This document shows positions 9,523-18,052 of a stretch of DNA of 64,000 nt, piece by piece. The stretch is from positions 1,056,001 to 1,120,000 of the forward strand of contig OY760907.1 in NCBI GenBank assembly GCA_963664195.1, written 5' to 3'. Source of the stretch: an uncultured candidate division Zixibacteria bacterium (lineage in GTDB: Bacteria > Zixibacteria > MSB-5A5 > GN15 > FEB-12). Numbering within the stretch: the first letter of the stretch is position 1; each line of letters begins with the position of its first letter. Under the pieces are notes generated by a model. It was not told the DNA's origin. It did not search any database and saw only the letters and a list, made by a program, of their open reading frames with translations. A program made the translations under genes and the position numbers.

Positions 9523-10584
9523 TTACCCGTTCTGAATAACCAATGACGTATTACTTTTCGCCATAACCACTCCGACCGCACAGTCTGGCAAGCCAAGCGC
9601 CTCTAAGCCTGCACGGAAGTCGTCTGTGTGATCGGCCCCTATAGCAATCAACAGACCGCCCGAAGTTTGAGGATCGAACAACACCTGACGAAGACTCGAC
9701 GGGATATCGCCTTCGAACCGAACCGCTCCCTCGAGAAACGCCTTGTTGTCGTTGGCGCCGCCGGGATTCACACCCTCCCCTGCCAGTCTTTGCGCTTCAG
9801 GAAGGATCGGCAACGCCGAGGCATCAAACCGGATGCTCACATCGGACGCCGTCGCCATTTCCAGAGCGTGGCCCAACAATCCAAACCCGGTGATATCTGT
9901 CGCGGCATGGACGTCGTGACCAACCATCAGTTCGGCCGCCGGACGGTTCAGCGCGGCCATCTGGTCAATCACATGGGCGATCAGGTCTTCGCCGACCACA
10001 CCTCGTTTTATTCCGGTAGTGATAATCCCGGTCCCGAGTGGTTTGGTCAGAAACAGGCTGTCACCGACTCTCGCCCCTGAATTGGTGACAATCCGGTCCG
10101 GGTGTACAATTCCGGTGACCGCAATGCCGTATTTCAGCTCGTTGTCTTTGATCGAATGCCCTCCGACCACCACGGCTCCGGCTTCTTCAACCTTCTCGTT
10201 CCCACCGCGAAGAATCTCGGTGAGCATCTCTTTCGGCAGTCTGGCGACCGGGAAACCGACTATATTCAAGGCTGTCAACGGTTTACCACCCATCGCGAAG
10301 ACATCTGAGAGAGCATTCGCCGCTGCAATCCGCCCGAAATGATACGGATCATCTACTATCGGCGGGAAGAAATCAACTGTCTGCACCAATGCCTGCGTGT
10401 CGCTGATACGAAACACACCGGCATCGTCGGCCTTATTGAAACCCACCATCAGGTCAGGATGAGTCGCTTGTGGCAGACCCGAGAGCACTTCGGCCAAAAA
10501 CTTTGGCCCCAGTTTGGAGGCTCAGCCAGCGCAGGAAACTTCGGCCGTCAGCCTGATTTCAGACAGTTTTCGCAGGTCAGTCAT
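9523..10584 (-). CDS. selD: Selenide, water dikinase SelD, selenocysteine-containing (U21)
   Basis: ATG 10584 reads MTDLRKLSEIRLTAEVSCAG-UGA-ASKLGPKFLAEVL, in frame with ORF 9523-10497; DDAGV, QTVDFF, AANALSDVFAMGG, TDITGFGLLGH, DPQTSGGLL motifs. Confidence 0.95.
10492..10508 (-). promoter_or_regulatory. Putative bacterial SECIS of selD
   Basis: mRNA GGCCAAA-GUU-UUUGGCC hairpin; loop begins GU, 20 nt after the UGA at 10522-10524. Confidence 0.7.
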
Positions 10585-10856
10585 GCTGACCAAAGTATGC
10601 CGAACGCCACCGAGAATCAAGCGCAATATGGGCTGAAATGGACCCCGTTAGCCGGTGTGCGAAAATTGAACAATCTTTGCCTCTCCGGCAGGTTCATAAA
10701 GGCAAGGTTCCGCCGATTACTTTACAAAAGGGATTGAAACAAGCCGACCGGGCACGGGAGCGGTCACGCCCCGCTGTGAGCTGATATGGGTTCGCTGCGA
10801 AGGACAGAAGCCACTCTTTCGGCAAGGGAATATACAGGTGGAGAAAGCAACCTGAC

Positions 10857-12962
10857 GTGAGCGAAAAGATCACCACCCTGCGAATCGACGAACTCCTGCT
10901 CTGGGATGGCGCGGTCACCGAAGAGCAAGTCACGCATGCGCTCGAATATCAGCGCGAACATGGTGGACGTCTCGGTTCGCACCTCGTACGGCTCGGCTAT
11001 GTCACCGAGGCCGACCTTCTCAAAGCACTGGCCAAGCAGTTTGAATGTGAATCGGTGATTCTATCCGACGTCGACTTGCCTCCTGAGGTGACCAGGATGA
11101 TACCGTCGAATGTCGCCCTCGCCCGCACAGTGATTCCGTTCGACTACAACCCGGCAACCAACGTCCTAAAAGTCGCCTGCGACAATCCCAAAAACGAAAA
11201 GCTGATAAGCGAACTGAATTTTGTTGCGGGAGGCAAAAAGGTCATCCTGTACATCGCCGCCGAGATGCCCCTGAAGGCTGCCGTTGCCCGACATTATGTC
11301 GCCGCAAACGATCAACACGCCTTGTCGGCTTCACAGCCCTTGGAAACGACACCACGAACTCTTGACGAAACAGGCGAAATGGTGACCATCCCCACCCGGG
11401 GATCTATCCTTCTGGTAAGTGATGAACACGACTCCGACGCGCCTCTGCGCCAGGCGTTGGAGCGGGACAACTACCGATTGGTTTGCACTGAATCGGCTGA
11501 CGACGCCATCGAGATAATCGGTAACCAGAGTTTCCACACGGTGTTCATCCGGGACACGGTCCAAGGCGACTACATTGACCTGATTGATCGCCTTCGCAAA
11601 GTATCCCCGCGCACCTGTGTCCGGTACTACGAATCACCGGCCGAACTTCTGCTCAACCAGCAGGACAATACGCACGTGAGCGATCTGGTGATCAAAAACC
11701 TCCAGTTGTTCACGGCCATGTTGAGTTCCAGGGACAGTTTCGAGGATAACCACGCCGGTACGGTGGGATTGTATGTCGACCGGCTGTGCCACCAGATGGG
11801 TATCCCCGAAAAGGATCGCCTCACCATCACGAATGCAGCCTACGTGCATGACATGTCTCGCTACTACTACGGTGAGAAGGAAGACGCGACAGACTGTCGG
11901 GGCAGAATATCTCTTACGGCAAAGCTGCTTGACTCGTTGAACTATTCGCCGCTGGTGATTGAGATTCTCCGCTCCATGTATATCAACCTCCGACAGAAGT
12001 ACACGAAACGACTGCCTATTGAAACGCTCGGCGGGAATATCCTGACCATTGTCGACATCTTCTGCGAGAATGTCTCGATCAACGAAAAAATGTCACTGGA
12101 CAAGTTTGAGGCGGTACGAAGCAATCTCACCTCGCTGTCCGGAAAGCTGTTCCTTCCGGAGGTGGTGGACGCCTTTGTCGAGATGATCGAAGAAGAGATA
12201 CTGATCGAACCGTCGTCGGAGAAATACAATCAGGCACTCATGTTCTGCGAGGACATCGACCTGCTCAATCCCCTGGCCACTCGTCTCAAGGATGAAGGGT
12301 TCCGGCCGGTAATACTCAACACGCTGGATCGATTCATCGAGCTGTATCAGCGCAGCCGCCCCGATATGATGATCTTGATCAACGAGGGGCGTCCGTCGAA
12401 AGCAATCTCGCTGGTCGACGAAATGATCCGTCGCGGTGTAGAAATCATGAAAGTACCGACTTTCCTCATCGCCAGCCAGGAAGCTACCGGCGAACTGACC
12501 GGACTTTTCGAGCGCGGCCTCGAGGATATTATCCCCCTTGAGAACAGCTTCGACCTGCTGGTCGTCAAGATGCGCAAGCTGCGTACTCGGGTCGAAAGCC
12601 GGGCCAAAAGACAGAAAAGCACCGGCGAAGGGGGCACTGCCGGCAAGCTCGAAGATATGAACCTTATCGATCTGCTCCAGGCGCTTGGCCCGAGCGGCAA
12701 AACCGCGAGGATCGAAGTCACCTCCGGCGAAGATACTCTCATGCTGTTCCTTGACAAGGGACGGATTATCTTCGCTGAGCTTGGCGATGCAGTCGGCGCT
12801 CAGGCGGTGTATCGTGCGTTGGCCTGGGCCAACGGCAAGTGGGTCATCCAGCCGGTGAGCGAGGCCGACCTGCCGGAGCCGAACAATGAGGAAGCGAATG
12901 AGTCAATCCTGATGGAAGGCTGCCGCCTTCTGGATGAACGCCAGCGCGAATCCACAACGTAG
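10857..12962 (+). CDS. Multidomain signalling protein: MshEN/GspE-N + receiver-like + degenerate HD-GYP + receiver-like + DUF4388
   Basis: RLGSHLVRLGYVTEADLLKALAKQ MshEN motif; AAYVHDM HD motif; C-terminal GKLEDMNLIDLLQAL...ESILMEGCRLLDE DUF4388-like; no ATPase. Confidence 0.75.
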   Translation: MSEKITTLRIDELLLWDGAVTEEQVTHALEYQREHGGRLGSHLVRLGYVTEADLLKALAKQFECESVILSDVDLPPEVTRMIPSNVALARTVIPFDYNPATNVLKVACDNPKNEKLISELNFVAGGKKVILYIAAEMPLKAAVARHYVAANDQHALSASQPLETTPRTLDETGEMVTIPTRGSILLVSDEHDSDAPLRQALERDNYRLVCTESADDAIEIIGNQSFHTVFIRDTVQGDYIDLIDRLRKVSPRTCVRYYESPAELLLNQQDNTHVSDLVIKNLQLFTAMLSSRDSFEDNHAGTVGLYVDRLCHQMGIPEKDRLTITNAAYVHDMSRYYYGEKEDATDCRGRISLTAKLLDSLNYSPLVIEILRSMYINLRQKYTKRLPIETLGGNILTIVDIFCENVSINEKMSLDKFEAVRSNLTSLSGKLFLPEVVDAFVEMIEEEILIEPSSEKYNQALMFCEDIDLLNPLATRLKDEGFRPVILNTLDRFIELYQRSRPDMMILINEGRPSKAISLVDEMIRRGVEIMKVPTFLIASQEATGELTGLFERGLEDIIPLENSFDLLVVKMRKLRTRVESRAKRQKSTGEGGTAGKLEDMNLIDLLQALGPSGKTARIEVTSGEDTLMLFLDKGRIIFAELGDAVGAQAVYRALAWANGKWVIQPVSEADLPEPNNEEANESILMEGCRLLDERQRESTT

Positions 12963-13002
12963 CCATTCATATCCCGAAGATGTCGGATGATTTCAAGACC
13001 CT

Positions 13003-14904
13003 CTACTCCTCAAACAACCGATCCAACGTCAGATTAAACCGCACCGTGCGACCCGGTTCGTACACTCTCGTACCCGACGAGTACGGATTGCGCATATACG
13101 ACATGTGCGCATAGTACAGTTCATCCGTCAGGTTTTCGACTCCCAGCGAAAAGCGCATTCCCGCGTACTTGTAGGCCAGTTCCATGTCCAATCGATTCCA
13201 CTGCGGCGTCGGCTCTTCATCGAGCGTCCGGTCGACTCGTGTCTGAGCATCGGAGTAGATGTGGGTCAACGAGGCCTTCAGCCCGTGCCACTCGGGCGAA
13301 ACAACCGACGTCTTCACGGAAAGGGGCATGATCTCGGACATCGGCGAATCGGTATCGGTCCGTTCGGCGATTGTATAACGGGCGTCGATAGCAAGATGCT
13401 TCCACGCACTGCTTAAACTTACGCCCGCCAGAAGTGCGCCGACATTGTCGTACGTTTCGTACTTCGTCCCCTCGATCATTCGCGCCGAAGGTGTAACGTA
13501 ATCCCAGACATGACAGCCGAACAGCTCAAGACGCACCCGGTCAATCGAGACGTTCCCGCGCAGAGTCATACGGACCGGTGCAGTCAGTCCCGGATTTCCC
13601 GCCCGCCAGGTTTTGTTGCCGGGACGCTGGAGAGCTATGTACAACTCCTCCGCCTGGGGTGGTTCGGAAGTAATCTCGATCCGAGCACCGGCCGCACGAT
13701 CAACGGCAAACAGGTGCGTATAGCCGGCACTGAAGCCAAATACGGCAAACGTCCGGGCGTCATCTGCGTTGGCATACAGGTTGCGATAGTAGGCCATGCG
13801 CGGTTTGTCGCCCACGCGGGTATTAAGAAACCCGAGCTTTCCACTGAACTCGAGCGAGCGGTGGTTGATGGTCCTGTGAAAGGTAGCGGCCACCTGTCTG
13901 ACGTCGGGTAGCATATGATTGTCGATAGTCGTCATCGGCGTCACAATCCGATTTTCGACGCTCCAGTAACGGTAGTACGCTTCGTAAAAGTCGCCGTCGA
14001 ATCCGACCGTGACGGCTGTGGCATCGGACTTCATTGAGGACATGCTCTTCCGAAGGCCGTTGTCCATTGTGTGAAACGTGTGGCTGAAATACAGCTTATG
14101 GTCACCGTGACTGACAAACCCGCTGTAGATCCGGTTCAGCCTCTCGTCCATGTGCAGGTACGGGAACATGACGTCTTCGGTGTAGGTGAAGGCACCCCGG
14201 TATTCGAATTCGCCTCTGCGCCCTGCTACCGAGGTCTCCCCCAGCAAGTAGCGATAATCGCCGCGATACATGTAGAGATCGGCAAATGTCCGGTCATCAC
14301 CGTTTTCGTATCCCTTCCCGCGTGCATATCGTCCGGTGAGACGCAGGTTGTGTCGGTCAACCGAAAAGGCCGCGTCTGCGTTCTCACTTGATCCCAGCGT
14401 CTGCGACAATCCGGCCCGGATCTGAAGCTGCTCGTTGATTGGCGCGCGATGAAATGTCACTCCCCCTCCGAGACCGGACTGGTGGCCGGCGGCATTCTTT
14501 CGCAGCTCGATAGTCTGCATTTCCAGCGGGTTGGCACGGATCAACGGGGAGTCCATACGGGCAGGACAGGCCGAGTGATACCGTTCGCCGTCGACCGTGA
14601 CCGTAACGTCCCCCCGCTTAAACCCATCTACTGAGATGTCCTGCGCGAAAAAAGTTCCCTTGCGAATGAGTCCGAAACCGTTGCTGTTGATGACCGCCGC
14701 AAAGCGGTCGAGCTCCATAGGGAAATCGACTTCCTCACGGTTGATTCGCACCGATTTCACCGTGATAACGTTGTCCAGAGCAACAGTGAGCGTGTCTCCT
14801 TGAGCGACCGGCTCATCTGTTCCGGCGTCGGTTGATCTTGAGGCGAACAGACACACGGTTAGCGCAAAAGTCAGCAGTCCAAAGAACGGTTTTCGCGGGG
14901 TCAT
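13003..14904 (-). CDS. TonB-dependent receptor, OprC/NosA copper-receptor-like
   Basis: Signal peptide; plug motif SACPARMDSP (CxxxM type); VENLTDELY..H and EPGRT C-terminal barrel motifs; AAGGAG RBS. Confidence 0.75.
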   Translation of the reverse strand: MTPRKPFFGLLTFALTVCLFASRSTDAGTDEPVAQGDTLTVALDNVITVKSVRINREEVDFPMELDRFAAVINSNGFGLIRKGTFFAQDISVDGFKRGDVTVTVDGERYHSACPARMDSPLIRANPLEMQTIELRKNAAGHQSGLGGGVTFHRAPINEQLQIRAGLSQTLGSSENADAAFSVDRHNLRLTGRYARGKGYENGDDRTFADLYMYRGDYRYLLGETSVAGRRGEFEYRGAFTYTEDVMFPYLHMDERLNRIYSGFVSHGDHKLYFSHTFHTMDNGLRKSMSSMKSDATAVTVGFDGDFYEAYYRYWSVENRIVTPMTTIDNHMLPDVRQVAATFHRTINHRSLEFSGKLGFLNTRVGDKPRMAYYRNLYANADDARTFAVFGFSAGYTHLFAVDRAAGARIEITSEPPQAEELYIALQRPGNKTWRAGNPGLTAPVRMTLRGNVSIDRVRLELFGCHVWDYVTPSARMIEGTKYETYDNVGALLAGVSLSSAWKHLAIDARYTIAERTDTDSPMSEIMPLSVKTSVVSPEWHGLKASLTHIYSDAQTRVDRTLDEEPTPQWNRLDMELAYKYAGMRFSLGVENLTDELYYAHMSYMRNPYSSGTRVYEPGRTVRFNLTLDRLFEE

Positions 14905-15076
14905 ACAATACTCCTTATCATGCCGGGCAACGTGACCGCAACGGTGCGACGCGCTGCCGGAGACATATATCGTATATTGTCTCCATTATACGGTATTTGG
15001 TATCAACAACAAGTAGAGATGAAGGATTGTTTCGGGGGAAATGCTCCGAAGTGAGCGATACACGGGGACCCCGCCG

Positions 15077-16105
15077 CTACTCCTGCGCTAATCGCTTCAG
15101 GTAGTCCAGCTTGTCCTTCTGGCGTTTGCGGGTTGATTCCGGTATCTCCCCCAGATACTCCCACAGTCTGCGGGCGGCAAAGTGAGTTTCATTGTTGTGA
15201 CCCAGGCGGTCGTGGCATTGTGTGATGAAGAAGTCACACTCGACGAGATTGTAGCAGTTACCCGGTGATACGGCAAGTTTCTCTCGGAGCTCCTTGAAGG
15301 CTCCTAACGACTGCTCGTACTCCTCCTGCTTGAACCAGGCCTGCGCAATCGGCCAGAGAAACGTCTTGCCGTCGGGATACCTCGCCGCAAAATCAGTAGC
15401 CACAGCAATCGTGGAATCGTATTCTCCCCTGTCAAGCCATATCCAGATCATCGCACTACGGGCGGCCTGGCGGTGCAGTATCGAAGAATCAGCGGCCAGT
15501 CTAAGTTCTCGAAGACCCTTGTCCTTCTCGTTTCGAAAGAGACCGATCCATTTGAGCATCCCGGCTTTCGCCGATTTCCAGTAGTGATACGACCCCAGCC
15601 CGGCATACAAATCGTACAACGTGCTATCCCGTTTGAGACCCCTCTCGTAGTCATCGTTGGCCGATAATCCCAGCCGAAGGGCTTTGATAAACGAACCAAA
15701 CCGGGATTCATACAGCGAGCGATAGGCCGTTACATGACCGCGAAGCAGGTACATCCAGGCGGCAGTGCGATCGTCGCAGGTCTCCAGAATCGACCTGGTG
15801 AGCGTGAGCGTACTGTCGAGTAGTCGATTGAACTGCTTAGAGTGAGCGTCTTCCTCACGGTCGGCCATATCCGCCATCAGGCCACCTGCACGAAACAAGT
15901 ATCCGGCGGGATCGGTAGGATGGGCTGAAATGTAGTCTGAGTAGGCCGAATCCGCCTCAGTAAACCGGTCATCGAAAATAAGCGCCGCAGACCCGCGGAA
16001 AAACTCAGCCCTGGTGCTGTCCATATATTCCGGGGCATCCTGAGCCGCGGACCCGACCCCAACCGACAGACAAACTGATACAAAAACGACCGACATGAAA
16101 GCCAT
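15077..16105 (-). CDS. Exported TPR-like hypothetical protein (start uncertain)
   Basis: Signal-like MAFMSVVFVSVCLSVG, helical repeats (DLYAGLGSYHYW); start moved downstream of the anti-sigma stop. Confidence 0.7.
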   Translation of the reverse strand: MAFMSVVFVSVCLSVGVGSAAQDAPEYMDSTRAEFFRGSAALIFDDRFTEADSAYSDYISAHPTDPAGYLFRAGGLMADMADREEDAHSKQFNRLLDSTLTLTRSILETCDDRTAAWMYLLRGHVTAYRSLYESRFGSFIKALRLGLSANDDYERGLKRDSTLYDLYAGLGSYHYWKSAKAGMLKWIGLFRNEKDKGLRELRLAADSSILHRQAARSAMIWIWLDRGEYDSTIAVATDFAARYPDGKTFLWPIAQAWFKQEEYEQSLGAFKELREKLAVSPGNCYNLVECDFFITQCHDRLGHNNETHFAARRLWEYLGEIPESTRKRQKDKLDYLKRLAQE

Positions 16106-16155
16106 GCCGGTCAAAATATCCTGCTGCCTGCAAAAGGCAATAATTAACAATCGTC

Positions 16156-17013
16156 CTACACGGTGCCTTGCCCCGGAATGAAATCGAGCAACTCGACTTC
16201 GTGGTTCTCGGTGGCGGTGACGATGATTGCGTCGCCAACCTGATGATACACGAGTCGACAACCCTTGCAGTTGTGATCAAAGAGTTGCATTTGGCCCTTC
16301 ACTACCGGATGGGCCATCAAATCCTCCGGGATGGGAAATTCGTCGGCACGAGCCACAAACACCGAAACAATGGTTTCACCGCGTGTGTAAACAAAGTGCG
16401 CCATCTCAATACCGTCGATCGTCTCCAACTGACCGCCGATAAGAGAGAATTCCTGCACGGCCGGTGAGAGATTATATGAGACGCGCTGGTTGACAAAAGA
16501 CGCCGGCGCCCCTGTCACGCCCGCCGAGGCGAATTGGGCAAGCTGTTGAACGGCCTCAAAATGGGCGTCCTCAAGTGCGCCAAACTGAACGTCGTGGCTC
16601 ATGAACGCCTGTCCGATATACACGGTGCCGATAACCACCACCAGCGCGGCAGCCAGAGCCAGAAGTCTTCCGATCCTGAAGCCACGTGCAGCCCGAGCAG
16701 GCATTTGGGAGGACGGCGCGGGAGTCTCTATTTCGTTTGTCGGCCTTGCCGAAGTAGAACAGGCACAAGCCGATTCACTGTCTACAGCATCGAGGTCCGA
16801 AAGGATCTTCTCTTTGAGATGCCGCATACGGGGTGTTGTTCTCTGATGTGCGAGTTTCTCGCGGACGAGGGCGTTGACGGCCTCTTCGACCTTGTAGATT
16901 TCCGAACAGTGACGACATTGGTTGAGATGTTGTTTCACCTCCTGAACGTCGATTTCGGATGCCTCTTTATCAATCACATCATAGAGTAAACTCAGAGCTT
17001 CCTGACAGGTCAT
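16156..17013 (-). CDS. Zinc-binding (zf-HC2) transmembrane anti-sigma factor
   Basis: MTC..HLNQCRHC (HxxxCxxC), one TM, periplasmic domain; overlaps the sigma-factor stop. Confidence 0.85.
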   Translation of the reverse strand: MTCQEALSLLYDVIDKEASEIDVQEVKQHLNQCRHCSEIYKVEEAVNALVREKLAHQRTTPRMRHLKEKILSDLDAVDSESACACSTSARPTNEIETPAPSSQMPARAARGFRIGRLLALAAALVVVIGTVYIGQAFMSHDVQFGALEDAHFEAVQQLAQFASAGVTGAPASFVNQRVSYNLSPAVQEFSLIGGQLETIDGIEMAHFVYTRGETIVSVFVARADEFPIPEDLMAHPVVKGQMQLFDHNCKGCRLVYHQVGDAIIVTATENHEVELLDFIPGQGTV

Positions 17014-17597
17014 TTTGCAGTATCCTTGATGTAGCCATTCCTAACAGCGTAGTCATAAAGTTGTTTCTGGAGCAGTTTCCGACCGCGGTGCAATCGGGAC
17101 TTTACCGTTCCCAGTTGAAGATCGGCAATTTCTGCGATTTCCTGGTAGGAAAACCCCTCCAGGAACGAAAGCACTACTACCAGCCGGAAATCGTCTGGCA
17201 ACTCCTCTATGGCCTTCTTGACATCGTCATCAAATATCTTTGCGAACAGGGCCTGCTCCGGATTCTCTTCCGGACCAAGATTAGCCAGCTGCCCGTACAA
17301 GAAATTATCGTCAATGTCGTCAACATTAACGGACACGGGCGTACGGGACTTGGAACGATAGTTGTTGATAAAGATGTTGGTCATTATCTTAAACAACCAT
17401 GCCCGACAGTTTGAACCCGGCTCAAACTTATCCCAGAAGCGATACGCCTTGACCATGGCTTCCTGCACCAGGTCCTCCGCGTCGCTCTGATTCTTGGTCA
17501 TCCTCAGAGCTGTGCGGAGCAACGCATCCATGTGAGGCAGGGCCTCGGTTTCAAATGCCCGTCGCTTCACGAGTTCTTTAGGCTTGCCTTCAGACAT
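17010..17597 (-). CDS. ECF sigma-70 factor (SigR/SigH-like)
   Basis: DAEDLVQE, RAWLFKIMTNIFINNYR, SYQEIAEI..GTVKSRLHRGR. Confidence 0.93.
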   Translation of the reverse strand: MSEGKPKELVKRRAFETEALPHMDALLRTALRMTKNQSDAEDLVQEAMVKAYRFWDKFEPGSNCRAWLFKIMTNIFINNYRSKSRTPVSVNVDDIDDNFLYGQLANLGPEENPEQALFAKIFDDDVKKAIEELPDDFRLVVVLSFLEGFSYQEIAEIADLQLGTVKSRLHRGRKLLQKQLYDYAVRNGYIKDTAK

Positions 17598-17847
17598 TAA
17601 GATCGCCCTCTTCGTCTGAAAGCGGCCTCTTACCCGTGCTAAAAGCATAAAACGCTCGCGGGTGCATTGAAGTTCCCCTTTCAGACAATTCCGATGAAAA
17701 CGTTAACACTGCAGCCTACAATAGGATAGCAGCAGAATAATCGTAACACCTGTTGTTGTGATCCACTATCAAGATAGGTTTCCTCTCCGCCCTTGACAAG
17801 GTTTTTTGCTGACCTGCATCACAGATCCGACTGAGACCGCAATCCGG

Positions 17848-17998
17848 CCCCTGTCATTATACACGCGTCGGTTTCAAGCCTGTTTGCCCGACCGTTCTCG
17901 CACCAGTCTTTCACGGGCACCCTCCCGGGTGCAGCGCATGCTTGGGGCTCGCGGCACGGTCCTTCCCCCCCAAACCGATACTCCTTGCCCCCTCAGGC
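17848..17998. ncRNA. Possible 6S-like long-hairpin RNA
   Basis: Nested complementary segments CCTG/CAGG, GTCGGTTT/AAACCGAT, GACCGT/ACGGTC, GCACC/GGTGC separated by large bubbles in a ~450-bp intergenic gap; strand not determined. Confidence 0.3.
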
Positions 17999-18052
17999 AA
18001 AAACCGTTATCCTCCCTCGACCCTAAACCCGTAACCGTAGCACGTGTGACCC

